Positions 8,815-17,428 of a stretch of 25,796 bases of DNA are shown here, piece by piece (position 1 is the first letter of the stretch; the number at the start of each line of letters is the position of its first letter). The stretch comes from Chthonomonadales bacterium (lineage in GTDB: Bacteria > Armatimonadota > Chthonomonadetes > Chthonomonadales > CAJBBX01): the NCBI GenBank assembly GCA_049967475.1, contig JBMFSQ010000036.1:1-25796 (forward strand), in the 5' to 3' direction. The notes beneath the pieces were generated by a model. It searched no databases, had not been told where the DNA came from, and was given only the letters and a program-made list of their open reading frames with translations. The position numbers were made by a program, and so were the translations under genes.

Positions 8815-8887
8815 GGGGCTGTGGCTCAGCTGGGAGAGCGCCTCGTTCGCATCGAGGAGGTCGGCGGTTCGAATCCGCCCAGCTCCA
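8815..8887 (+). tRNA. tRNA-Ala(CGC), CCA not encoded
   Basis: Acceptor GGGGCTG/CAGCTCC with G3:U70, D-arm GCTC/GAGC, anticodon stem CCTCG/CGAGG with loop TTCGCAT, T-arm GGCGG-TTCGAAT-CCGCC, discriminator A. Confidence 0.97.
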
Positions 8888-9071
8888 TTTTCCCCTGTTG
8901 TAATCACTGGGACACCCCATGCGTACTCCCTCACGGCCAGTCTGTTCCATTCTGCATCTGCAGACGGAGCATAGGAGCAGCCCCTGAGCCGAAAACGATC
9001 GTGCCTCGTTTGTGGATAAGCACCGGGCGCACACAGCCTTTTTTCCTGCGTATGGAAATTGGGCAGCAAGT

Positions 9072-9380
9072 ATGGAACGGCAGAAGCTTTGCGAGGATCC
9101 TGTGGAACAGGTTATAGATGAGTTTCTGGAGGGCGGGCCTCGGGCCGAGCAACTCGCTCAGATGGTGCAGGCTCTTCAGGCCCGAAGGCGGTCCTTCGTG
9201 CTGGAACGGGATGGAGCCCCTCCCGAAGAGCGCAGCCATTGGGAAGCGGCCATCCGAGAGATAGACGACCAGATCCGGGTGCTTCGCGAAGAGGAAGCCA
9301 TTACCCGCTTTGTGGAGCAGTCTATCCGCGCTACGATCAACCGGCATCTGCCGGACGAAGGCGAAGAAGACTTGCCGTAA
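9072..9380 (+). CDS. Small acidic, helical/coiled-coil hypothetical protein (~102 aa)
   Basis: Heptad-like pattern (LAQMVQALQARR...IREIDDQIRVLREEE) and protein-like composition; start (9072 vs 9012) uncertain. Confidence 0.7.
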   Translation: MERQKLCEDPVEQVIDEFLEGGPRAEQLAQMVQALQARRRSFVLERDGAPPEERSHWEAAIREIDDQIRVLREEEAITRFVEQSIRATINRHLPDEGEEDLP

Positions 9381-9583
9381 GGCCTTGGGGACAACATCGC
9401 CCCGGATCCGACCGGTGCCCACTCGAGATCCTAACCTAAGTCCCTCGCAGGAAGTTTCGTATGGGCTTTCGAGGGCGTTAGCGGAAGCCAAGCATCCCGA
9501 TGCCTCCGGAATGGCCACGCAGAAACAAGCGGCATCAAGGGAGCACTCCTCCTGTAATTGGGGGGTCGGGTTGGTTGTTTCCG

Positions 9584-11131
9584 TCAGCGAAGGCCGGAGC
9601 GTGCGCCACGGGGATGAAGGGCGTGGCGCGACGGAGACTTGACGCGGCTTCGCCGTAGGCCACCAGGCTGGCGGGAAGCACTCCGCATGAGCGCCTCGAT
9701 CTCCGCTGGGTCGCTTGGGAGCGCTGCAGAGAGCTTTCGCGCCCCCGCAGGCGTCATGAGATAATCATCTTCGATGCGGATCCCGATGCCTTCACTGGGA
9801 ATATAGACGCCCGGCTCGATGGTAAAGACAACCCCGGGGTCCAGGCTGGCAGATCCGCCGGTTACGTCGTGCACGTCCATCCCGAGAAAATGCCCGAGGC
9901 CGTGGATGAAGAAGTGATCCATAGTGTATTCCCGGCCATCCAAGTCGCGGGCGCGCAAGGGGCTGGATCTTAGGAATTGGACGGCGTGGTTGTGAACCTG
10001 GGCCATGGTCATTCCCGGGCGGGCGAAGCGCGCAGCATCTTCCTGACACTCCAGCACTAGCCGATAAAGAGCGCGCTGCCGCGGCGTGAACCTGCCTCCA
10101 ACAGGGAAGGTTCGGGTGAGGTCGGCGGCATAATAGTCGAACTCTGCTCCGATATCTACTACCACGGTTTCGCCAGACTGCATCCGGCGCTGCGATGCGA
10201 AGTGGTGCAAGACTGTGGAGTTGGGTCCGCTCCCCACGATGCACGGGAAGGCTTCTCGAACTGCGCCGTGGCGGCGAAATTCGGCAAGGATGATCCCTTC
10301 GATTGTCAGTTCATCCACTCCGGGCTTCACGTTGTGGGCTGCGGCCTCTTCCGCGGCGGCGGTGGCTGCGACGGCGGCTTGGATCTTGGCGACCTCTGAG
10401 GGACTTTTTGTTCGCCGGAGACGGGCAATGGCTTCCCTGACGCCCCCTGCGAATTCCACGCCAGGATTGAGCGTCTTGACGTGGTGTTCCAGAGTACCGT
10501 TGGGATAGTACCGGGCAATGGAATTGACGGAGCTCCCGTCCGGAAGAAGGCCGGCCGCTGCGGGTCTTTGGTCGAGTACGGGACCTTCCACGCGGATGCG
10601 CTTCGCGCGCAGCAACGACGCCTCAAGGACGTTCCACATGTTTGCCAGCGGTAGAACTGCTTCGATACCCGTGGCGCGCTGGGTTTCTTCGCCTGGTGTG
10701 GGCAGAGGGTCCGACCACCGGCGCGCAGATGGGGTTTGATCCGGAAGGAAGAGGATCTCGTGTTTATTGGTGGGGTCTCCGTCCGGCAGGAGCACAAGGC
10801 AAGCATCTGGCGCCTCTACACCCGTAAGATACATGAGGCTGTTGCTCGTTCGGAAGCGCACGCGCCCTACGTCGGAGTTGTCCCCAGGTCCAGAAAGAAT
10901 GATGATATCGCCGGGGAATTGGCTGCGAAGCGCGGCACGCCGGGCAGCATATTCCTCTGTTAGCGACTGAAGGGCGACTGAACCGATGCGGGCCGGGGCT
11001 TTGCCCGTGTGCGCTATGGGTAACGGCACCTTGGGGCCGAGCGATCCCGCGTAACTGCCGGCGGGCAAAAGTGCGATCGCGGCTGCAAATGCGGCGAGGT
11101 GCACTCTACGGCAGAGGTTGTAGATAGGCAT
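9584..11131 (-). CDS. pepP: Xaa-Pro aminopeptidase (M24B, aminopeptidase P) with predicted signal peptide
   Basis: AMP_N domain (FRTSNSLMYLTG) and metal ligands VVDIGAE, YAADLTRT, HGLGHFLGMDVHD, TIEPG, IRIEDD; GGAGA RBS before ATG 11131; signal-like N-terminus ending GSYA. Confidence 0.88.
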   Translation of the reverse strand: MPIYNLCRRVHLAAFAAAIALLPAGSYAGSLGPKVPLPIAHTGKAPARIGSVALQSLTEEYAARRAALRSQFPGDIIILSGPGDNSDVGRVRFRTSNSLMYLTGVEAPDACLVLLPDGDPTNKHEILFLPDQTPSARRWSDPLPTPGEETQRATGIEAVLPLANMWNVLEASLLRAKRIRVEGPVLDQRPAAAGLLPDGSSVNSIARYYPNGTLEHHVKTLNPGVEFAGGVREAIARLRRTKSPSEVAKIQAAVAATAAAEEAAAHNVKPGVDELTIEGIILAEFRRHGAVREAFPCIVGSGPNSTVLHHFASQRRMQSGETVVVDIGAEFDYYAADLTRTFPVGGRFTPRQRALYRLVLECQEDAARFARPGMTMAQVHNHAVQFLRSSPLRARDLDGREYTMDHFFIHGLGHFLGMDVHDVTGGSASLDPGVVFTIEPGVYIPSEGIGIRIEDDYLMTPAGARKLSAALPSDPAEIEALMRSASRQPGGLRRSRVKSPSRHALHPRGARSGLR

Positions 11132-11190
11132 GAAGAGTTCTCCAAAGCTGTGCGCGGTGGCGCAGGCGGGCATCAAGGATTGCGGCATAG

Positions 11191-12498
11191 CTACTCTCGG
11201 TGGCGGATGGCGCCGGCTGCGGTTTGCGCCGGAGCTGGTTGGTGGTGCTGTGCTGTGAGCGCCGCTGCCGGCAAAGACACCTTCATGGCATCCTGCACTG
11301 ATAGGCTGGGATGAAGGGCGAAAAGCTTTGCGCGCATCTCAATGACGCCGCCACGGGGTATCATGGCGGGTTCGCCGGGGGCGCTCCACTCATTGCCCAT
11401 GGTGCGGTAATCCGCACCCGGAGCCGGGTCCAACGTGATGCTTTGCCACCCACGAATGGGCGGAAGTCCCTGGGTCACGATGCCGCAGGTGATTTCACCC
11501 CACCTGCAGGCCGACACGAAGTTCGGCCCCGACACGCTGCACGGGAGCGCTTCGGATGCTGCCGATCCGAAGCTGCCGGCTCCAACGTGGAGCGGCGAGA
11601 AGCGCACTCTCCACAATTGCAAACTCTTCTGCGCGGTGAGCCAAAGGTACTCCTCGATCCCTGCGGATCCGTTCCGGGCTACCAGTTTCAAGGATGCTCG
11701 CCATTTGGTGCCGATGGAGCCGCGGATCAAGACACCCACAAGGTCCTTTTCGGTGATGGCTTCCACGGAGGAGGGTTGGAAGCCCTCGCACCATGGCAAT
11801 TCCCCAGCTTCTGCAGACACGCACTGCACCAGCGGATATATTGCGCCTACCGTCCGCCATCCGCCGGGGGTGCGGCACGATAGCATTGCCAGGTTTCCAC
11901 CTACAAGGCGCAAGCGCATGCGGTCATTCTGCAATAAGGCATCCAGTCCCGCTACGCGCACATTACCCGCATTGCCGGCCGGGGCGGTGTCTTCAGGGGG
12001 CGACGCAAGCAGGTGAGGGATTGCGATCATGCGGACTTGTGGAGGAGTATTCGGTTCTTCCAAACTCAGTGCAACAGAGAGGCGTGCATCAGGAGCGGTT
12101 GGGCGGACGCGCCAAGTATACGTAACGGATTGGCCGGGCGCCAATGCCGGAAGTCGCGGAGAAGTGTCGCCGGACACGTAGTCCAAACCGCTCAGGGTGA
12201 AGAAGCGGACGACGGCGGCTCCGGCAGGAAGTGGTTTGGAACCGGCATTGCGTAGGGTTCCTGCGATCAAAAGGTCGGAAGTGCCGGTGGCCCAGACCTG
12301 GGTAGGGACTAAGTTCTGTATTATGAGGGTCAGGCCCTCAGCCATGGCACCGCGGCTCCATGTGCCGAGGAGGATAGCGAAGATCCCCGATGCAAACCCC
12401 CGCACCGCATGCCGCAACCCGCTGCGAATGGTATGAGCGTCCCTCCGCGCAGCGGCACCCTGTACGTGCAGCGTCAGCCTTGTCGCCATCCGTTTCAT
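11191..12498 (-). CDS. Exported hypothetical protein with N-terminal Ig-like (CARDB/DUF11-like) domain
   Basis: Hydrophobic segment ending A-M-A (signal peptidase I-like); TLRNAG...LAPGQSVTYTWRV typical of Ig-like folds. Start uncertain (12498, 12489 or GTG 12405); the longer ORF-track start overlaps tgt. Confidence 0.65.
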   Translation of the reverse strand: MKRMATRLTLHVQGAAARRDAHTIRSGLRHAVRGFASGIFAILLGTWSRGAMAEGLTLIIQNLVPTQVWATGTSDLLIAGTLRNAGSKPLPAGAAVVRFFTLSGLDYVSGDTSPRLPALAPGQSVTYTWRVRPTAPDARLSVALSLEEPNTPPQVRMIAIPHLLASPPEDTAPAGNAGNVRVAGLDALLQNDRMRLRLVGGNLAMLSCRTPGGWRTVGAIYPLVQCVSAEAGELPWCEGFQPSSVEAITEKDLVGVLIRGSIGTKWRASLKLVARNGSAGIEEYLWLTAQKSLQLWRVRFSPLHVGAGSFGSAASEALPCSVSGPNFVSACRWGEITCGIVTQGLPPIRGWQSITLDPAPGADYRTMGNEWSAPGEPAMIPRGGVIEMRAKLFALHPSLSVQDAMKVSLPAAALTAQHHQPAPAQTAAGAIRHRE

Positions 12499-12559
12499 GG
12501 GCCACCTATTGACCACGTCGCGCCGAAAGTCCTGCCCTCGTGTGTGGACGAGCAACGCC

Positions 12560-13690
12560 CTAATCTTCTCCACTGGATGCGCGTTCTGCCGGTTCTCGCA
12601 GAGTGGCGAGGCAATCCTGCGCGATGGCGGCGCGGACCTTCTCCATGAAGGCTGCATAGAGTGCCAGATTGTGATACGTGGCAAGGCGGTATGCAAGGAT
12701 CTCCCGAGCCATGAAAAGATGCCTAAGATATGCTCGTGTATGGCGGCGGCAAACTTGACATGGGCATGCAGGATCCGGCGGAGAGAAGTCCTTCGCATAG
12801 CGTGCATTCCGGATGTTGATGGGCCCGTTCCAAGTGATGATCTGCCCATTGCGGGCATTTCGGGTGGGCAGGACGCAATCGAAAAGGTCTATCCCTCTCT
12901 CTACTGCGTCGAGGATATCCGCCAGGCTCCCCACGCCCATCAGGTACCGCGGCTTCGCCTCGGGGAGGATTTCCGTGCACCATTCCACGCATTCGCAACG
13001 CGTATCTCTGGGCTCACCTACCGCTAACCCGCCGATAGCGTATCCAGGCAGATCCAGGGCGGCCAGCCGCTGGGCGCTCTCACGCCTGAGGTTCTCGTAT
13101 GTTGCGCCCTGGACGATCCCAAAGAGGGCCTGAACCCATCCCCCTTCTGCATGTCCTCCCGTCGCCCTGTGGCGATGGGCGCATCGCACCGCCCACCGAT
13201 GGGTGCGTTCCATGGCTTCACGAGCATAGCTTTCGTCGCATGGATAGGGGGCGCATTCGTCAAAAGCCATCACGATGTCCGCGCCGATCGCCCGCTGCAT
13301 GTCCATGACGCTTTCCGGGGTGAAAACGTGCGTAGAGCCGTCAATGTGGGACTGAAACTCCACCCCATCGTCGGAGATGCTGCGGAGGCGGGCGAGGCTG
13401 AAGACCTGGAAGCCGCCGCTATCGGTGAGGACGGCGCCGTCCCAGCCTGCAAAGCGGTGCACTCCCCCGGCTTGGGCTACAATCTGCTCGCCAGGCCGTA
13501 GGTGGAGGTGATACGTGTTGGCTAAAATAAGGCGGAAGCCGAGCTCATGCAGCTCACCCGGCGTCATGGCCTTCACGGTTCCCAGGGTCCCTACGGGCAT
13601 GAATGCCGGCGTTTGGAGCGAAGCGTGCGGAAGCGTGAGGCGGCCGACACGGGCGCGGGAATGGGAACAAGCCCCCGTGATCACAAACAG
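12560..13690 (-). CDS. tgt: tRNA-guanine(34) transglycosylase (bacterial preQ1-type)
   Basis: TPAFMPVGT, LANTYHL, LTDSGGFQVFSL, FDEC, GIVQG, GGLAVGE, PRYLMGVG, FDCVLPTRNARNG, Zn motif CPCQVC...HN. Start CTG 13690 or GTG 13684. Confidence 0.97.
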   Translation of the reverse strand: MFVITGACSHSRARVGRLTLPHASLQTPAFMPVGTLGTVKAMTPGELHELGFRLILANTYHLHLRPGEQIVAQAGGVHRFAGWDGAVLTDSGGFQVFSLARLRSISDDGVEFQSHIDGSTHVFTPESVMDMQRAIGADIVMAFDECAPYPCDESYAREAMERTHRWAVRCAHRHRATGGHAEGGWVQALFGIVQGATYENLRRESAQRLAALDLPGYAIGGLAVGEPRDTRCECVEWCTEILPEAKPRYLMGVGSLADILDAVERGIDLFDCVLPTRNARNGQIITWNGPINIRNARYAKDFSPPDPACPCQVCRRHTRAYLRHLFMAREILAYRLATYHNLALYAAFMEKVRAAIAQDCLATLREPAERASSGED

Positions 13691-13756
13691 AGTTTGGCCC
13701 TCCTTCTGCGATGGTTTCGGGGGGCTGGGTTCGAAATGCCCGCAGAGGAAAATGGG

Positions 13757-14689
13757 TTAGGCGGCTCGGCTTTGGTCGGTTCCCGTGAGGTGATTGAGGG
13801 CAACCACGTGGTCCGGCTCGAGTTGCAGCACGCGACGGTAAGCATCCTGTGCCTCTGCGATGCGCCCCAGTTCCTTGAGAGCATTCCCTCGATTGAGCCA
13901 TGCGTCCACGAAGGATGGATTAATGGCCAAAGCGCGATCGAATTCATCGAGGGCTTCGTCGTAGCGCTGCAATGCTGCCAATGCCAAACCGAGATGGTTG
14001 CGAATGTCGGCATATTGCGGGTTCAACTCCAGTGCCCGGCGATATTCGTCCACGGCCTCATCGAACATACCCCGGCGGTACAAGTCGTCCGCTAAGCGGA
14101 AATGATACTGGATATCGTCTATCTCCGTGGATGATACCATCTCGAAGGCATGGATGGCTGCGGCGTAATTCTGTTGCTGGTGGGCTTGCAATCCTCGCAG
14201 GTAAGCATCGGAAGCAAACCCCGGCTCCAATTCCACCGCCCGTTGCATTGCACGGATGCCCAACTCCCGTTCGCCCATGGCGTAGAGTGCGATGCCTCGA
14301 TGAAAGTGGGCCTTGGCGAAACGGGGATTGATCTCCAGAGCTTTGTTGAGGGCTTCCAGAGCTGCCGGATATTCCAGGCGATGCCGCAAAACCACAGCCA
14401 GGCTGAAATAGAGGTCCGGATAATGCGGGTGGATAGCGATGGCTTTTCGAAAGTGCTCTTCAGCGCGCTCCCATGCGCCCTTCCTCATAGCCTCGGTTCC
14501 GAGGTTTGCATGGGCCTCGGCGCTGTAGAAGAGGGCCAGCCGCTCGCTCAGCGGATCGCGATGGTTCGCGTGAGCTACCGCAGCGAAGCACTCCAGGGCT
14601 TCTTCGTACAAGCCCTGGTCGAACAACTGGATGCCTCGGTCGTAGTGTTCGTTGCGTCCCAAGCCCAGCAATTTGCCCAAAAGAGCCAT
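13757..14689 (-). CDS. Tetratricopeptide repeat protein
   Basis: Repeated AL.I/LNP.YAD..NHLG / KAHFHRG TPR motifs; GGGAGGGG RBS before ATG 14689. Confidence 0.9.
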   Translation of the reverse strand: MALLGKLLGLGRNEHYDRGIQLFDQGLYEEALECFAAVAHANHRDPLSERLALFYSAEAHANLGTEAMRKGAWERAEEHFRKAIAIHPHYPDLYFSLAVVLRHRLEYPAALEALNKALEINPRFAKAHFHRGIALYAMGERELGIRAMQRAVELEPGFASDAYLRGLQAHQQQNYAAAIHAFEMVSSTEIDDIQYHFRLADDLYRRGMFDEAVDEYRRALELNPQYADIRNHLGLALAALQRYDEALDEFDRALAINPSFVDAWLNRGNALKELGRIAEAQDAYRRVLQLEPDHVVALNHLTGTDQSRAA

Positions 14690-14878
14690 GGTCCCCTCCC
14701 GGCGACGCGTGACCCGCAATGCGTGGCGCGAGTACACGAAAACGCATTTGTGTCGCCGTTCTCCCTCTATTCTCGGCAGGAGCGCAGACGGAGTTCAGGG
14801 AGGCGGGCCCGCAGGTCCCAAGGGGGCGGCTGGAGCGATGGCCGGCTGCTGGGGATCTAGGCAAAAGCATATCAGAAG

Positions 14879-14950
<72 letters not shown>

Positions 14951-14965
14951 GCGGCGAACACCCTC

Positions 14966-14995
14966 ATTATACACTGCAGGGAAGTCACCACGCAA
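14966..14995 (-). promoter_or_regulatory. sigma70-type promoter of tRNA-Arg
   Basis: Minus strand TTGCGT-N18-TATAAT ending 15 nt upstream of the tRNA. Confidence 0.7.
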
Positions 14996-15078
14996 TTAAC
15001 GGACACGCAGAGGTTTGGGCAGCCCATCTGGTGAACCTACAATCACATTCGCCCTATGGGCTTGGGAAAGGTTCCTCA

Positions 15079-15957
15079 ATGTACGTGTCAATCCGCGACG
15101 ATATCCTTTTGGCGGCCGGCTATCCTACAATCGGCGATGGGCTGAACGCCCTGAACCTGCACGCCGTAGAACTCGCCGTCGGCCGTGACTTTAGTGTCCA
15201 TGCACCGGCAGCCGGGAGCACAAAGGAACGGTACTTTCTGAACCGGAACGAGGACGTGTCCGACCTGCGACGCTTGTGCGAAGGCGCCTCCATTCGGATA
15301 AGCGCCCTGCTTTTGGCCAACGACTTCAATGCTCCGGATATCGAGAAAGAGCTGGACTGGATCATCCGCACCATCCATGCAGCCGGAGATCTGGGCATCG
15401 AGGCGGTGCGCATAGATGCCATCATGCACGGAGAACGGGAACTCCCGCGTGAGGAGCGCGAGGCGCTCTTCGCTGACCGCGTGCATCGGGTCCTCGATGC
15501 TACAGCGTCTGCCGGCGTGGACCTCGGCATCGAGAACCACGGCTACCAAGGAAACGATCCGCAATTCCTTGAAGACCTACTGGCCGCCATCGGGAACCCG
15601 CGGCTGGGGCTCACAATGGACACGGGAAACTTCTACTGGGCAGGCCATCCGCTGGACGAGGTGTATGCCATCCTTCAGCGCTTCGCACCCATGGCAAAGC
15701 ATACCCACATCAAGAACATCGCCTATCCGGAAGCGATGCGAAATGTGCGGCGTCCACTGGGGTACGAGTATGGGCAGTATGTGTGCCCCATACCGGAAGG
15801 GGATATTGACCACTCCCGCGTAGTGGGTTACCTGAAGGCTGCAGGGTACCGCCGCGACCTATGCATCGAAGACGAATCGCTGGGTAAGTATTCCGAAGCC
15901 CAACGGAAAGCGAACCTTCGGGCCGCAGCAGAGTTTCTAGGCAGCCTGTGCAATTGA
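15079..15957 (+). CDS. Sugar phosphate isomerase/epimerase (xylose isomerase-like / AP endonuclease 2 TIM barrel)
   Basis: GIENHG, LTMDTGNF, HTHIKN, EGDID, CIEDE metal-binding pattern; start at ATG 15079 (the longer ORF overlaps the tRNA). Confidence 0.88.
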   Translation: MYVSIRDDILLAAGYPTIGDGLNALNLHAVELAVGRDFSVHAPAAGSTKERYFLNRNEDVSDLRRLCEGASIRISALLLANDFNAPDIEKELDWIIRTIHAAGDLGIEAVRIDAIMHGERELPREEREALFADRVHRVLDATASAGVDLGIENHGYQGNDPQFLEDLLAAIGNPRLGLTMDTGNFYWAGHPLDEVYAILQRFAPMAKHTHIKNIAYPEAMRNVRRPLGYEYGQYVCPIPEGDIDHSRVVGYLKAAGYRRDLCIEDESLGKYSEAQRKANLRAAAEFLGSLCN

Positions 15958-16040
15958 CATGGGGCTTTGCCGCAGTTACCTCGAGGTGTTTTCCTCCGTC
16001 TTACAGCATGGTAGAAATTGCTAGATACGGAGGTGGCTCC

Positions 16041-16853
16041 ATGGCTATGAGGAAGTGCGGCTTGATGCTGGCAGCCGTGTGTCTGCTCCTGGGGTCTGTA
16101 GCGCAGGCACAACGTCCCGGGCGCGTCGGACCTGGCGGCGGCCCCTTCGGACCCGGCAGGTTCGGGATGATGCGGGCTTTGCCGGATCACGACCCCCTCG
16201 TGAGCCACGTTATGGAACTGCTGGCGCGGCCGGACGTTCAGGTGGGCATCCATCTGGATATGAAGCAGCGTGCAGCCTTGGACGAGTTCCAGGGACAGGC
16301 CCAACAAGCTGTGGCTCAACAGATGGCTCAGTTCTTCCAGGAGATGCGGCAAAACCGGAGCCAGGGCATCCCACCAGATCGCAACACCTTCTTCCAGCAG
16401 ATCCAAGAGCAGCGCACCGCAGCACAGGCCAAAGCGGCCGGGAACCTGCCCCAGATCCTGCATCCAGAACAGATGGCGCGACTGCATGAGCTGGACCTGC
16501 AGTGGCGGGGCGTACTTGCGTTGGGAGATGCCAAGGTAGCTGAAGAGGCTCATATAGGCGCCGAACACAGAAGCGCCATCCAGAAGTTGGCCGAGGAATA
16601 CCGTGCGAAGTCCCGGGAGTTGCGCATGCAGTTCTTCCAGAACATGCGCAATGCATGGCGGAATGGGGCCAACCAACCCCCGTCCCAGGTGGTGAACGGT
16701 CCCACTACATTGGCAGCTCTCGACCGGGCAGACCTGGCAGCCCGCAAGGAATACGAAGCCAAAGCCCTCGCGATCCTTTCGGCGGAAGAGAAGGCACGTT
16801 GGATGAAGATCCAAGGAGAGCCGTTTACATTCCGAGCCGACTTTCAGGGCTAG
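16041..16853 (+). CDS. Exported helical protein, Spy/CpxP-like (LTxxQ-like repeats)
   Basis: GGAGG RBS, signal peptide ending AQA, Gly/Pro-rich linker, repeats ILHPEQMARL / ILSAEEKARW, terminal GEPF.F. Confidence 0.7.
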   Translation: MAMRKCGLMLAAVCLLLGSVAQAQRPGRVGPGGGPFGPGRFGMMRALPDHDPLVSHVMELLARPDVQVGIHLDMKQRAALDEFQGQAQQAVAQQMAQFFQEMRQNRSQGIPPDRNTFFQQIQEQRTAAQAKAAGNLPQILHPEQMARLHELDLQWRGVLALGDAKVAEEAHIGAEHRSAIQKLAEEYRAKSRELRMQFFQNMRNAWRNGANQPPSQVVNGPTTLAALDRADLAARKEYEAKALAILSAEEKARWMKIQGEPFTFRADFQG

Positions 16854-16904
16854 CGGGGGTTCGCCGGCACTGCCTTTGGGCGGTGTTGCGCGTCACTCTA
16901 CCTG

Positions 16905-16946
16905 GCCTTCCAGGGGCACAACGGAGGCCCTTGGAAGGCTTTTCTT
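16905..16946 (+). terminator. Intrinsic terminator downstream of the Spy-like gene
   Basis: 13-bp stem GCCTTCCAGGGGC / GCCCTTGGAAGGC (one G-U), 9-nt loop, followed by TTTTCTT. Confidence 0.75.
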
Positions 16947-16974
16947 GCGTGCGGCGCAGGAACGTGAGTATAAT
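16945..16974 (+). promoter_or_regulatory. sigma70-type promoter upstream of the candidate ncRNA and rpmE operon
   Basis: TTGCGT (16945-16950)-N18-TATAAT (16969-16974). Confidence 0.75.
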
Positions 16975-16984
16975 AGTCGGGATT

Positions 16985-17145
16985 TGGGGGCTGCCGGTAC
17001 CCGAATACCTGGAGCTGCCGCCAAAACGGGCTGGGATTGGTTGGCGATCCCGGCGCCATCGAAGAGTGCACCGGGTGCCGGGTTGCCGGCTCCCGTCCGC
17101 ACGTGCAGCCACAGGGGGCCTCCGGGCCTTGTGGCGGCATCCCTG
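16985..17145 (+). ncRNA. Candidate 6S RNA-like rod-shaped RNA (alternatively an L31 leader)
   Basis: Starts ~10 nt after the -10 box. Ends pair (GGGGGCTGCC / GGCGGCATCCC); inner stem CCTGGAGCT / GGCCTCCGGG; central bubble; apical stem 17039-17057 / 17074-17091. Pairing by eye only. Confidence 0.45.
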
Positions 17146-17189
17146 TAATGCAATGCCGTTGAGTTCCATATCGCCGGATTGAGGTGAAG

Positions 17190-17393
17190 ATGAAACCTGG
17201 GATCCATCCTCCGTATCAGAAGGCCATCGTGGTGTGCGCTTGCGGCAATACCTTCGAGACACGCTCTACCAAGCCGCAGATCCGCGTGGAAATCTGCTCC
17301 AATTGCCACCCCTTCTTTACGGGCAAACAAAAGATCGTGGACACAGAAGGTCGGGTGGAGAAGTTCCTTCAGAAGTACAAGATGAAGAAGTAG
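17190..17393 (+). CDS. rpmE: 50S ribosomal protein L31 (Zn-binding, four Cys)
   Basis: [52 protein letters not shown]. Confidence 0.98.
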   Translation: MKPGIHPPYQKAIVVCACGNTFETRSTKPQIRVEICSNCHPFFTGKQKIVDTEGRVEKFLQKYKMKK

Positions 17394-17428
17394 CCAACGT
17401 GCCTCATACCCAAGAGACGGGTGCTTAT

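Noticed and set aside
8815..8887. tRNA-anchored genomic island carrying the pse operon
   Set aside because: The operon lies 5' of the tRNA; no integrase or duplicated tRNA 3' end was seen in the window.
8888..9110. Replication origin
   Set aside because: Only one consensus DnaA box, no AT-rich unwinding element and no dnaA/dnaN context.
16981..17150. tmRNA or SRP RNA identity for the rpmE-upstream element
   Set aside because: Too short and lacks a T-arm/CCA end for tmRNA; lacks the SRP helix-8 GGAA/CAGC motif.
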